DNA from: Chrysomallon squamiferum
Taxonomy: Eukaryota > Animalia > Mollusca
Direction: 5' to 3'
Assembly: GCA_012295275.1 (NCBI GenBank)
Contig: CM022677.1
Span: forward strand, 7,812,001-7,876,000
DNA length: 64,000 nt
In this document: piece by piece, positions 13,981-28,072 of the stretch
Position numbering within the stretch: position 1 is the first letter of the stretch
Layout of the letters: each line of letters starts with the position of its first letter
Notes under the pieces: generated by a model
The model's input: the letters and a program-made list of their open reading frames with translations, nothing else
Databases searched by the model: none
Told to the model about the DNA's origin: nothing
Program-made: the position numbers and the translations under genes

Positions 13981-14318
13981 CTCTATAGCCCATTTTGCCT
14001 TCATCATTTCCCATTCTTTTTCTAAGATTGATAATTACCGATATTACATTTCTAAGTTGTCTTGGAAAGCTTCTTAAATAACACCTAGAGTTGTCTCGTA
14101 AAACAAATAATATACTATTTGAAGTACTAGAAGAATTATTGTACTACTTTTTCACATCAGACTTGAGCCTTGAGGAGGGGGCGGTAAAACTGCTTTAGCC
14201 TCTGGGCGGCAAACACATTAAATCCAACCCTGAGTCATCTACACGGAACTCTCTTCTTTCTTACTTAAGGAACTCTTTTTCTTTCCTGTTTGTTTAAACT
14301 TAAATGTTAGTTTATTGG

Positions 14319-14362
<44 letters not shown>

Positions 14363-14695
14363 GTTTTATTATTTTATCTTGTTATTATTATTTATTTTTT
14401 TATCTTTCCTGTTTGTTATAAACATAAATGTTAGTTAGGTACTGGAGCGTGTGTGTGTGTGTGTGTGTGTGTGTTGTTTTTATTATTTTATTGCTTGTTA
14501 TTATTATTTATTTATTTACCCTTGTTTAGAAGTTTTTATCTTTACAGACGCTAACACAATAGACATATACGGTAATAAAATATTTTATCATTGTTAACCT
14601 TCATTAGACATTTAACAACATAAATGTATTTGTCTTGACTCATTATTTCATCACAGTGTGTCACTTTTCACTTGATTCACATTAATCACAGTTTT

Positions 14696-14733
<38 letters not shown>

Positions 14734-15945
14734 TTTTAATAATCAAAAGAAATGTTACCACAGTACAACTGAAATTTCACAAATATATTAAAACATATTT
14801 ACTTTGATATGTTTTTATTTACCATTTCAGCACGCCAGGAAAAGACACCCGAAAAGGTGACTATACCCTTCAGTTGATTAGTTTCTACTTCGTTATTGAT
14901 AACAGACGATAGAATTGGTTCAAACACACACACACACGCACACACGCACGCACACATACACACATTTTTGTTTTAAGAGAAATAAACTTTAAATGTAGTG
15001 TCATTATGAATTGTTTGATGGGATTATTTGATGTTTTAACGCATACACAGTTTTCATATATGCGATATCTTACCCAGACTACACAGTTTAAACTGCAATG
15101 TAGATGAAACAAAGAAAAATTATTATTTATTTCCAATCTCTCTGAGTTGTCATAGTCATACATTTTTATTTTTATTTATTTATTTTTTATTTTTTATTTA
15201 TTTATTTTTTTTTTTTTTTCAGAAAATGTTTTTTTCTTGATAAATTCCTGGACCATAATTAGCAACTTATTGTAGTGTGAGTTCTAAGCTTTGTGATTTT
15301 ATTTGGTGCATTAACATAAATTAAGAAGAAGAAAGAAAAAATAGGGTGAACAAAATAACAACACCGTTTATTTGAAAAAAGAACCATATCGATTTATAAT
15401 TAGTACGTATATGTTACTAAAGGTTTATGTTCCTTTATTTATTTTATTTGTTTTGAACTTTTTTTGTTTTGTTTTTAGTATAGTTGCAGAAAAATGCGGG
15501 ATGATTGCCGGTGTTTACGGATTTACTATTGGCTAAAAGACTAAAAAAAAAAAAAACCAAAACCCCCAAAACAATCTAACAATAATAATAATAAAAAAAC
15601 ATATCTATTTATAATTAGTACGTATATTTAATATTTATTATGTTCCTTTATTTATTTTATTTGATTTGAACTTTTTTTTTTTTTTTTTTTATTAGTTTCG
15701 GAAAAATGCGGGATGATTGCCGGTCTTTACGGATTTACTTTTGTATTTGACGTTTGAAGAATTTTATTCAGAATTGATGTAATCGCATTATCATCCAACA
15801 AAGAAGTTTCTTAAAACATTTCAGGAGACAGGTATTACTATTTATTATTATTGTTGTTAATGTGTTTGTATTGTTTTGGTTTTATTTGATTATAATTTAA
15901 AAGTCATGCCACATGATGGCAGCCATTTTATTCGGGAACAATATT
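13980..15945 (+). repeat. Diverged duplicated block, direct copy at ~53880-55715
   Basis: Shared CTATAGCCCA.TTTGC.TTCAT.ATTTCCCATTCTTTTT, AATCAAAAGAAATGTTACCACAGTACA, CAGCACGCCAGGAAAA, CGGGATGATTGCCGGT and GCCACATGATGGCAGCCAT in the same order. Confidence 0.85.
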
Positions 15946-16199
15946 TATTTATTTATTTATTACATTTTTTTTTTCTTTCAAATAACGACTCTCGAGTATT
16001 AATACAATTCCCCAGTGGTTGTACTAATGTGAACAGCATAAACAACGTCATATAAAAAAAGAAATCATGTTTAGTCTTTAATTTTGTTTTACCAATTACT
16101 AAATGATGGATCAGGCAATCGGGCAAATTTTGGGTGGTTAGCAATTAAATTTATTTTAAAAGAAAATAACAACAACTCACTGAGTATTTTAAATTTGTA

Positions 16200-16244
<45 letters not shown>

Positions 16245-16578
16245 AATAGACTAATAAAACAATTACAAAAATATATTAATTTTCTTTGAGAGGTTGTTTT
16301 TTGTCAGGTTATTTATGATTTAGTATTTTTAAAGATTTATGTTAAATTGCAGACTTGCTCTATACCTTATTAAATATATTTAATGTGTTTTTTTTAACCA
16401 CATTAAAGGTTATAATAGGTTGGGCCCTAAATGCTTTCATATTATTAAAGCTAAACAACTGTATAACTCTATGTTAACATTAAAAACTAATAAAGATGAA
16501 TGAAAATTTAAGAAAAAATATGACCAGGTTATTTCATATGCAAACACAGTAAAATATTAATTTGTTATAATAAATATT

Positions 16579-16619
<41 letters not shown>

Positions 16620-16949
16620 TAATTTGTAACCATAATCACAAAAGATATTAATACACTGTACAACCTCCATGCCAAAACATTACTAAAATGATTCTTTTTT
16701 GAAGCAGGTGTCTTATATTTGTTATTTATCCATATCACTATTCTCATTTGTTAATACTTTGTGTATAGGTATAGCGTTCTGCATTTAATAACTAAACAAT
16801 ACAATAAAACAGATCATTACAATTTGTGTTGTTTTTATTGTTTTACTTAACTCATCAAACATTAGTGATATGAGAATCTGAATGATGAACTTGTTTCAGT
16901 TTACACTGTGAGTTGTCACTGTCATCAGTGTCTGAAGTATCAACTGTTT

Positions 16950-19050
16950 CACATCGAGCATCATCCAAGTCTTCTCTGAATCTGAAGTTGTAGTAGCAAA
17001 AAGTCCTCTATACAGATTAGTTCATTCCAGGTTATTTTTATCACATCTGAAAAGGGCACAGGTAAGTATGTGTCTTGTGAATCTGACAATGAGTCTACAA
17101 TCAGGTTGTTGTCTATTGTACAAGATCCTGGTCATTTTCTTTGTTTTTTTATCATCTGCATACAGGGAAACAGCTATATTTATAAGTTTTTGTTCATATG
17201 AATCAGGGGTTTTCAAACTTTTTGACTTGCGGACCCCTTTATATTTCAGGCTTTACCTTAGGGACCCCCTTATAAACGCTTATGAAATTTATAATAAATA
17301 TTTGCTTAAAATAACATATATAAAATCAAACTGCCCATAAAAAGTATTCGCTGTCCACGGACCCCCTGTCTTGTACTTGCGGACCCCCTGTGGTCCGCAG
17401 ACCACAGTTTGAAAACCCCTGATATAAATGACCACAGCTTATAAGTGCAGGCAGGTTAATTCTAATCACCAGCAAATCATCCAGTGTAGTATTGGACATG
17501 TTCAACCTGGTATTTGTCAACTGCTGATTGAGAGTGCTTATGCACCTGTCAACACTTGCACTAGCAAGTGCAACTGACAAGATGATTTCAATGGCAAGAA
17601 GAATGTGTTGATACTCAGAATGATGATGACCGAGTATTTATTCACATGCCTTGTTTATTTTGGAAGTGAATGAATTTGTTTGTACAAATTTCTTTAAACC
17701 CTTCCATTCAGCAACAGCCATATCTAGAGCAAAGTTGCAGTAAGCTAGGCTTTCAGCAAAATGTTTAGATAACAGTTTAATTTGTTCCAAGCCATATTTT
17801 GGATCAGATATATCCCACTGAGTGTGAGCAGCTATATTCATTGCCTTGAAGATAGGGTGATTGAAAGAATCCATTTGTTTAATCAGCTGTGTTGAAATTG
17901 CTGGGATCAGATTTGTTCTTATATGTTTCACAGTCTCTCGTCCTTGGTGAACATGGTTCAGAACAAACTTTTATTTTATTTTTCAGCTTGTTGTTTTTGG
18001 TTATTACTCAACTGATTGCCTTGTTTGAATCTTACACTTGCTGCAAGGTTTCAGAGTGGGTCTGTAGAGATGCATAGATGCCATGTGTTCAGGTACCCCA
18101 CCTTTGTAAAGTCACCATTTTCAGAAAATGCATCTTTGACAGTTCAGTTATGTGTGCAGAGCAATGAATTATTAGCAACCATTCCCTGCCTTCAGTTTTC
18201 ATCTCAGTTAGAGCACCATTCAGTTTACCAACATTAACATTTACTCCATCTGCACAAGTACAAATAAGACATTTTGTGTACTTTTCACCAGTAATGTCAT
18301 AATCATGGAAAGCATCATCTATAGCATGTTTGATACTCTCTGCAGTTACTCAAACCGAAATTGTTCATTTTTTGTCATTAAAGTAATAGTTCAACAGGCT
18401 GGCCCCTCACTACAATCTTCACATAAATTAATTTGTTTTCATCTCTAGTTTTGCGAGCTTCTGTGCCATCTTGTTCAACTGACGTAAATTTGTATGATCT
18501 CTTTGATATCATCTCTTATTGGGCGGTATAGTGAACAAAGTCCCTACATGAGTGGTAACTGTCCTTCCCACTTATAAACTGCACCCCATTCTTCTTCTGT
18601 AAGGCAATCAGGGACTGGTAGTCAGACATAGGTCTCTCCTGCATAACCAACATAATGCTGTATTGCAATGATTCTTATATTGTTCTTTACTGGGGTTTTT
18701 CAAATAATTTTCCAATGGAATTAGAGCATGCAACGTTACAATTTACTATCAGAAGCTGAATTTGTTTGAGATTCTGAACTGTTTTGTGAACATTTCTTTT
18801 TGCCCAGTCATGAAGGCTACCTGTTTTCACATGTCTTTGCACATTTGATTTTGTATGTAGCCTGCGACACCATCGATATAGGCAAGTAATCCATCAAGCG
18901 ACTTACCAGTTAAATGTCTTAACATGGCTTCATTTCTTATTGCTGTTATGTTTTCAGTACAAACTATGCATTGTAGTTTTGATATTTTTTTGCTTTCATT
19001 TACTTCAGTCACCATGATGTTTATCGCCAAACGTTTCTGAAAGGAAATTA
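16950..19050 (-). mobile_element. Degenerate hAT / ZNF862-like transposase remnant
   Basis: Minus-strand pieces: DGTEARKTRDE..LIYVKIV near 18400-18480 (catalytic-D region like ZNF862-type proteins) and IILSVALASASVDRCISTLNQQLTNTRLNMSNTTLDDLLVIRINLP at 17450-17600 (hAT dimerisation motif). Many stops and frameshifts. Confidence 0.75.
17204..17421. mobile_element. hAT-type (Charlie-like) MITE, 218 bp
   Basis: Perfect 15-bp TIRs CAGGGGTTTTCAAAC / GTTTGAAAACCCCTG. 8-bp TSD ATATGAAT / ATATAAAT. Internal CGGACCCC subterminal repeats. Confidence 0.92.
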
Positions 19051-19449
19051 GCCGTTCATTGAAGGATTTTGTTGAGAACAGAGTTCCTGAGCAAGTGTTC
19101 TTAACTTATTTCAATGCCTGTGTCTGTGTGTGATGGTATTTTCAATATTTCTAGTTTGTTTTGTTCTTACAAACAAGTCTGGAAGAATTAAAAAAGAATA
19201 TGCAAGCAAGGTAGAAATGCTTTATTTGTTTAAATGATCAAAAATTGTTCTCAGTTCCTTTTATTTTTTTTAAATTTACTAATTGTCAATTTTAATTTAT
19301 TTATTTACATTTTGTTTTGTTTTGTTGTACTTCCTTCTTTTTTTATCTTCTTCTTAGTATATTACTACTACTCCTTTTTATTACTATTATGTTGAGTTTT
19401 TGTTATTATTGTTTTTTAATCTTTTTTATTATTCATTTTCTTTTACAGT

Positions 19450-20150
19450 GCTAGGGAGACAGCATCATTGGCTACCATATCACCGAGAGCACTGCACCCA
19501 CCACCACAACCTCCACCAACAACCTAAGTGACAAAGCTAGCTCTCATTGTAGCCAAATATTCTAGATCCCTCCAGTGACAAGTCAAAATTGATGACAGCA
19601 GATTATGCTAATATTAAATGTCTGATGGATGTTTATGGATATATCAATCGGTTTACATTCAGCATGGACAGGAATAAGAAGGAAACAGCAGAGCACCATT
19701 GAAGTCTGTGTTCTTGTTAAAACAAGCTGATGCTGGTAAAAAGACTTCATCTGCTATGCTGCCAAACACTTGGCAATGGCTGTGCATGACAGTGACAAAG
19801 ACACCAGCCAGAAAGTTGAGAGGCAGGTGATGTCTGAGCTTGCTGTTCTGAGAATGAAGCTGGATGAGAAGATAAAGAAAAGAGAGAGAAGAAAACAGAG
19901 GCTATAGCTGCAGCAGAACAACATGAGACTTGGGAAAGCAACATTCATGAGAGTGATGTCTCGCCACATTCATGATTCGAAGGACTGAGCTAGTCCTGTA
20001 CCTGATTCAGACAACAGCATGTGGCCAGTGCATCATGAAATGTAGAGACCCCTGCATCAGCATCACACAAATCCAGGCCATTTTCCAGACAAGGGATACA
20101 AGAGACTAATGATAATGTGAATCAACAGTCTGGTGTCAAGTAATGTGTCA
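19450..20150 (+). pseudogene. Decayed coding-like exon (KDFICYAAKHLAMAVHDSDKDTSQKVERQVMSELAVLRMKLDEKIKKRERRKQRL*...), unknown family
   Basis: Polypyrimidine-TTTACAG acceptor at ~19448 and raised GC. A long helical-looking reading is broken by a few stops. Its 3' end is the start of the duplication. Confidence 0.3.
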
Positions 20151-20184
20151 GAAAACAACAGTGGCAGGGTATGATTTGTTAGTT

Positions 20185-20237
<53 letters not shown>

Positions 20238-20983
20238 AATATTGCATGAATGATAATATTAAAAAAAATTGCATTTATCAGACAAATGCAGATTGGTAAA
20301 AAAAATAAAAATAAATGTTCATGTTGGAATTACCAAAAACTTTGTTTACCATTGATGTTAAATATTTTATGTGGGTCATTGCATTATTATTCAGTTGCTG
20401 CCTAGAAAGGGAATTTATGTTATGTAGAAGGATGAATCAGCTGTACAGAAACTGCAGACTGCACAATTCCAAGTTGTAAGTTTTTATCTTTTTTTTAATT
20501 TCTTAGTGAATAAAATAAGTTTTATAGTAACAACTCTTTACTGATTGTAAAATAGCATAATAACATTCATTTATTTGCTATTGTTTTGTTAATTATTTAA
20601 ATTATTACCATTATCATCATTATCATTATAATGATTATACAAAGTATATCAAAAATATCCCACACCACTTTGTGTCTGAATAATCCAGTAACTGGTACCA
20701 GTAGAATATATATTTTAATAATATCATATATTATATTTTTTGACATATTTCATAATATATATATTTTAATAATATTTTAGTTATTTATTTATAAAACTTT
20801 ATTTTTATTTTCAGAACGCACATACAGCTCTAATTGATGCGCTGATGTTGGCTAGTGAAGCTGTTTCAGTAGAAGATGCTGTACAGCATTGAGGATAAAG
20901 TTTGTACTGCTGCCCCTGGAAAAGAGAAAAAAGAGCTGAACAGTGAATTTGAGTTTGTTTTCTTATGTATTTCTCATTATTCT

Positions 20984-21046
<63 letters not shown>

Positions 21047-24000
21047 CTGTCTCTGTCAGGAGCATATGCAGAGGTGGTTATTGTAGTAGTAGTATTAGTC
21101 ATTGCCATTGTTGTAGTAATGTAGTTGTTACAGCATTAGTACTTGTAATAAAAATACTACTTGTTGTAGTAATGTTGTAAAATTGGTGATGTTTTAGTTG
21201 ATGATGCTGTCTCCATAGCTTTGTAATAGTAATGTATCTTGTGAGACTCTCATGGTGATTAAAAAAAACTGGTTGTAGTCAGATTTCTGGTTGTAACGGT
21301 GGTAGTACTAGTACAGTGCTAATAATAGTTATTAGAGAAATAGTTATATGATAAATGTAACAAGAAAAGTAGGTTAACAGAAGTGATAGTAGTCATAGTT
21401 ATTTCAGTAGTAATTATATTAATATTAGTATACAGAAATAAAGAAATTTTATTTGTTTTATAATTTTTACTGTATTATATTTATTTATTTATTTACTCAA
21501 ACTAGGCAGTGCACCCACCAATGTGACTCTGACTCAGAGTTGTTGAAAGTTCTGCAGATGAAGAGCTCAATTTTGGTGTCCTGGACATTGAAGCCGACCA
21601 CGTCAGACTACAACAATTCTTAAGTTGGAGAGTCTTACACCAGGTCACCAATCTCAACAGTCAAATATCAGGAGAAAAAACTTGAACAACTTGAACAGAC
21701 TAAAACCAGCCAAAGAAAGACAGTGTGCGTGACAGTGGCAAAGACAAAAGCCTGGAAGTTGAGCAGCAGGTGACTTAGTATACTTCCATTAGCTTTGTTT
21801 TATTTATTCTTAGCTTATATTTGTACTAGGAGTAATCAAAACAATTTCATTTTTAACTCACAAAAAATTGAACCAAGAACTACATGGCTTAAGGAATGCT
21901 GTTGAGGTATGTGTGAAATCAGTTCATAAAGAAAAACAGATCTATGTTAATTTTGTTGAAGGTGTTGCTGAATGAAAAATTCTTCTTTAGCTTTAATTAT
22001 ATGATTGAAATTCATCTTTATTTTAGACATATTTGTTATTTATATTTAATTTTTAATTTTATTTTTGATATTTATTTTATTTTAGACATATTTGTTATTT
22101 ATATTTAATTTTTAATTTTATTTTTGATATTTATTTTATTTTATATATTTATTTTTTAAAATACTGTGTTTCAAAATTTCTCTGCATGTTTATCATAACA
22201 TTTAAATTAATAGCAGATTATAGATCTGACCTTCATTCCATTGAAGAATCTAACTAGCAGAAGTAATTAGTTTAGATATGGGACTAAAAGCCTTTCTTTA
22301 ATTTTTATTTATGAATTTGTTTTTGTTTTTTTCTATGAGATATATTCCTGTCACAGTTTTAGGCTCATCATAAATAATTATTAGTAGCCGGGATGCCTGC
22401 CAAAACAGTCTGCTAGATCATTGTAGAAGTTCAAGATGACAGAGGAAATAAAAGAGAGAAATGTACTCAGTGAATACAGATAAAACAAACTGTAACCTGG
22501 AAACCATTTTGAGTTTGTTAACTGTGGCTAATCCAGCTTTACTTCCAAAATTGCTAAATAAGTAATCTTGTGCAAGCTGAAAATAAATATTTCTGGTTTT
22601 GCAGGTGATTTTGAGAAAAAAAAAACTGAAGATGACAAATTATAGCCAGTCAGAGGAAGTCAATAAAACAGAAACCTATTCTGAAATAAGTGGTTTGGAT
22701 ATGTTTTACAATAATAAATAATGTGTTTAAGTACATATGTTCTGTTTTGGTGATTAACTCATTAATTGTTGTGTTTGTTGCAGGACAAAGCATTTACCTT
22801 TTTAAAAGTTATTTTTGCTTCTTCTTAATTTTACCATAATATCCAGATAAATAAAGTCAGTATTAAAGCATTGTTAAAGTATAATTCATTGATAATTTGT
22901 AATAATTTTCCATGACTGAAATTTTTCTTCCCAGAGATTTTATTGTGCAAATTAATCATATGCTTCTAGCCTGGAATAGGAAAAAATAGTCATTTAAATA
23001 ATGTATGTTAAGAGTTAGAATGATAAATTTGATGCTTATTTTTTATTTATTATTATTATTATTTTTTTTTTTAATTAATTTTTCTTTCTATATTTGTTTA
23101 TTTAGATGAATCTGGCTAAAAGAGGTGAATGTATAAAATCCACAAATTGCCTAATCTTGAACAAATAGTAGGAAACAATGACTCATACATGAAACCAGAT
23201 AGTTGTTTAAATATAGCTATCATATCACCAGCACAAACTTTGATTCAACATTTCAGAGGATTTTCTTAACCAGCTTGGAAGACTTTTCAGGTCACTCAGA
23301 TACAAGACAGATCAGTAGATTTTATATTTATGTGGTTAGCTTGAAATTTAAAATTTTTTTAATTTATGTTTATGCAGGGAGAGAGGATGGGATATTAATG
23401 GTTTTTTTCTTTATCAGCTAAAATAGCATTTTAAATAAATGATTTAAAAACATATAATAGCAATAACAACAACCACCACCACAATAACAACAACAATAAT
23501 AATAACTAAAATAAAACAAAAACCTGTCAAAACCAGTACTTCATTTCCTGATTCTGTTTTATAAAAATTCTTCAATATTCCTGAAAAATGTCACTTCCAA
23601 ATGCACAGACATCAAGTTGGTGGTAATTATGTTATAAATTGCCATTTCTAAGGAAGAAGCAGATGTAAATCCTTACAACTCTGTTTCCTGCCAGTCAAAA
23701 CTTTATATGAAATGACACAGAGTTGATTAGTTTCTGTGATACTGTTGCAGTGTCTGCATTATTTTGTTCAGTTACTTTTTTTTTTAATCAGCTGGATCAC
23801 TTCCTCGTTCAGGATTCAAATCTGTTAACTTTAATAAACATAGATTTGTAGGTGATAAAAGTTCAGTTCAGATCAAGATAACACTTCAGCATTTTAATCA
23901 CTGCAGTTTTGTGTTAGAATAATATACATAAACTAGCTGATGAACTGAATGATATTCACAGATAATGTTTATTTTTTAAGAATTTATTCAGCTGTCATTT

Positions 24001-24961
24001 AATGTTATAAAACATATATATTTTTTTTTTCTTAAATATAACAAAAAGATCTGAAGGTATAAAGGACTTTTTTTTATGGTTTGAATTAATTATATCATCA
24101 CATTTTAAAATGTTAAATATTTGTAATTAATTGGAATTCTCTTGATCTTTGGGATTAAAAGATTATTATTCTGGATAAATTTATTGTTGTAGCCAGATTA
24201 TTAACTTATATTTTTAATCAAATCTAAAATTAGATGTATAGAATCAGTTCTAAGTGTTCCAAAAAAAGTAATGCAGCTTGTAATCAAAATGACTGAATTC
24301 ACATACCCTGAAGAATGACATTAACATTTTGTTATTAGAACTGAAAAGCTTTGGTATCTATTAGTAAACTAATAAATGACAGAACTTATCAATTAGTTAT
24401 TTAACTAAAATGCCTGTCATTTTTATAGGCTGGTGACAATGAATTCTTTTCAATTTACAGGTGGAAACTGTCAAGTCCATGTCAGATTTTGTATTTCTTT
24501 TTAAACACTTGGTCAAAGACAGAGTTTTTCAGATCTCACTCTCTCCCTTACAGTACAAGGCAGGTCAGTGCTGAAGATTCAGAGGAGAATTCACAATTTT
24601 ATGGATTTCAGCTTTGAGAAATATTAGTGGTATTTGTATTATTATTATTATTACATTTTCATGTTATGTTTGTATTGCTTAACTTTAAAATATTTTGATT
24701 TAATCAATGCATTCTTCTTGTTTACTATTAGAAAATCTTTCATAAAGAAATATTTTCACATATTTTTATGAATTTAATTATAAAAAAACATTTTTCTTTT
24801 TCAATTGACCAGAATGTAAAATGTATAGTGATACTTTTTTATAGATATATATTTCTTGTTTAAATTATTTGTGATTTATTATTAAAATCTATTACAATAA
24901 GAGACAGATGATGTTTATTTATAATAATTTCTTTCTAACATTACAGACAATTAAACACAAT

Positions 24962-26473
24962 CGAAAAATAATTATTATTCTATTAAATTTTATTATTGAA
25001 TCTACAGGAAAGACAAGATTCTGGACTCAGCTTCAGTTACAAGAATAGGGAGAAGAATTTAAACAGATGAGGTATCTACTGATATGGAACAATTATTATT
25101 CACAAAAGATGGATTTTTCTTTCCAAAGCAGTTTCCAGAGAAAATGTTGACAGTACACATCAGTGTTGATTGATTATTCTCCAGTAGTTAACAGTGGATG
25201 ATTCTTGGTTGTTATGGAAGGGAACAAAAAACTTCCACTGAAATGACTAATGACACTGCAAAAGCTATGTTTGTTTCTACATTACAAATTATAGAAGAAA
25301 TGAAAATATGTGGAGCAATGATATTTACAGATAGACAACAAGCAGGTTCCAGCTTAATGTTGTTTTCATAGACAATATTAGCAAGTTTAGAGCAACTATA
25401 AGTGATTTAAAGGAAAGGAGAGAAGATTGACAGAGATATGAGACTGACTGTCTGATGGGAGGTTAACTGGTAAAGAGATAAACAGGAAGATACACAGAAA
25501 GAAAGAGAGAGATGTTGATAGACTGATAGACAGTTAGATCAGTAGAAGTTAACAAATGAATTCATAGATGTAGATGAATTTAGGCAGATAGTTAAACATG
25601 TCAGTGTCTATCTATCTATTCTGTGTTTTCTTCTTTCTGTCATGTGTGTTTGTGTGCCAGGCTGAGAGTGTAGACATACAGTAAAATACATAGGTTGTAA
25701 TGTAGCTATCTAGACATAGTTAGTTATGTATGTAGGTAGTTTGACAGGGAATTAGATATATGATTGATGGATGGTTATTGATCTGTCATAATGTGGATAG
25801 ATAAACAAATAGGTATGTAGGTCAGTACTTCAGTAGGTTGATATGTAGATATATGTAGATAGTTATCTAACAGACATCAGACACAGAGAGGGACAGATAG
25901 GTAGGTAGGTCAGTAGTTCAGTAGGTTGATATGTAGATATATGTAGATAGTTAACTAATAGATATCAGAGACAGAGAGGGACAGGTAGGTCAGTAGTTAA
26001 GTAGGTTGATATGCAGATATATGTAGATAGTTAACTAATAGATATCAGACACAGAGAGGGACAGATAGGTAGGTAGGTCAGTAGTTCAGTAGGTTGATAT
26101 GAGATATATATAGTTATCATGATAGACAGATAGGCAGGTATAGGCAGGTATGATGGTAATGTGGAAGAATATATATATATATATATAGCTACAGGTGTAG
26201 GTATGTAAGCTGGAGCAGAGAATAGTATATAGAAGGAAAAGTCGCTTGTCTTTTTTGAAGAGTGAATATATTGAGTAAATATGTGTGCAAACATACAGAA
26301 CTATAGGGAGGTTTGAAGGTATGTAGACAAGAAGATGTTTAAATGACTGATAGATGTTATTGATATATAAACTGTTAGGTAGGTTGATTATGTAGATAGA
26401 ATGAGAAATTGTGTACTTAGATACACATATAGAGATACATATAGATAGGTGACATAGAAAGTGCCTCTGTGTA

Positions 26474-26525
<52 letters not shown>

Positions 26526-28031
26526 CAGTGATTGATAAGAATCGCTAAATAAGGGAATTGTGAATGAGAGTTATAAATGGACAGTAACACAGAAAAATAG
26601 ATATAAAACGTAGTTATAATAATTTAGGGAGATAGTCAGGAAGATAAATAGCTGATTCAAGGGATTGTTATTGATGGATAGAGAAATATATATAGGGAGG
26701 CATTTCCTTAGAGTTCGATGGATGGATAAATAGATAGGTGTAAGCATATATGATGGTAAAGTGGATATGATCATGTATATGTACATAGATAAATACACAC
26801 AGAGGCAGACAGAAAACAGAAAGGATTGGATCTGTGTTTGAATTAGTGATGAACTGATAACTTAAATGTAGATATCCAGAGATAAATACAGATAGATTAT
26901 ATATATATGTATATATATAGATATATATACAGATAGATTATATTATATATATATATATAAATAGAAATATACAGATAGATTATATTTATAGATATATAGA
27001 AATAAATACAAATAGATTATGTAGATAGATATACAGAGATAAATACAGATAGATTATATAGACAGATATACAGAGATAAATACAAAGATATATATAGATA
27101 GATAGATATAAAGATATAAATACAGAAAGATAAAAGAGATAAATACAGAAAGATGTAACTATTTATCTCTGTATAAATACACACACAGAAATAAATACAG
27201 ATAGATTACATAGACAGACATTCAGCAAGATAGCGAGGTTTGAAGTAGTATATAGTTAGATATTCAGGGAGCTGGACATATTATTGATAGATGGTTATTG
27301 AAAAATAGATGTATAAGCTAGAGAGATAAACTGATATGTAGGTATGTTACTAGTTTGGTAGATTGATTTGTAGACAGACTGACAGACATATAGATAGACG
27401 TGTGTTAAGAAATGGGTATGTGTGTGTATATATATATATATATATATAGATGTATACACACACATACATAACGTGTATAGTAATGATAATTTATTTGTGT
27501 GTTTAAAGATGATTAGTATATATATGTGTGCGTGTGTAAAAAAGGGTGGATAGAGAGGTAAATTGATAGACAGAAGAAAGCTAGATAGATGCAAGGAGGC
27601 ATGAGTATATACTGCATCCTGTAAGAAAGACCAAGTCTGTTGCTTATGTATATGGGATAAATAGATAGATAAATAAATATATTTATAGATAGATAAATAA
27701 ATTTAAATATAGACAGATAAATAGATAAAAATAATGTATTTAAATAATTAAATATATAAATAATAAAAAATAGATTTTTGTGTAGACTGTGCTATTTGTA
27801 AATGAGAGGAATAATGATTTGTGTGTGTATGTGTGTGTTTGAAAAATTTGATAGGTTAGGAAACTGCTTTGGAAAGAAAAATCCATCTTTTGTGAATAAT
27901 AATTGTTCCATATCAGTAGACACCTCATCTGTTTAAATTTTTCTCCCTATTCTTGTAACTGAAGCTGATTCCAGAATCTTGTCTTTCCTGTAGATACAAT
28001 AATAAAATGTAATAGAATAATAACAATTTTT

Positions 28032-28035
<4 letters not shown>
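24962..28035. repeat. ~175-bp inverted repeat pair (24962-25136 and 27859-28035)
   Basis: CAGCTTCAGTTACAAGAATAGGGAGAA...TTCACAAAAGATGGATTTTTCTTTCCAAAGCAGTTTCC is the reverse complement of 27859-27968. Confidence 0.9.
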
Positions 28036-28072
<37 letters not shown>

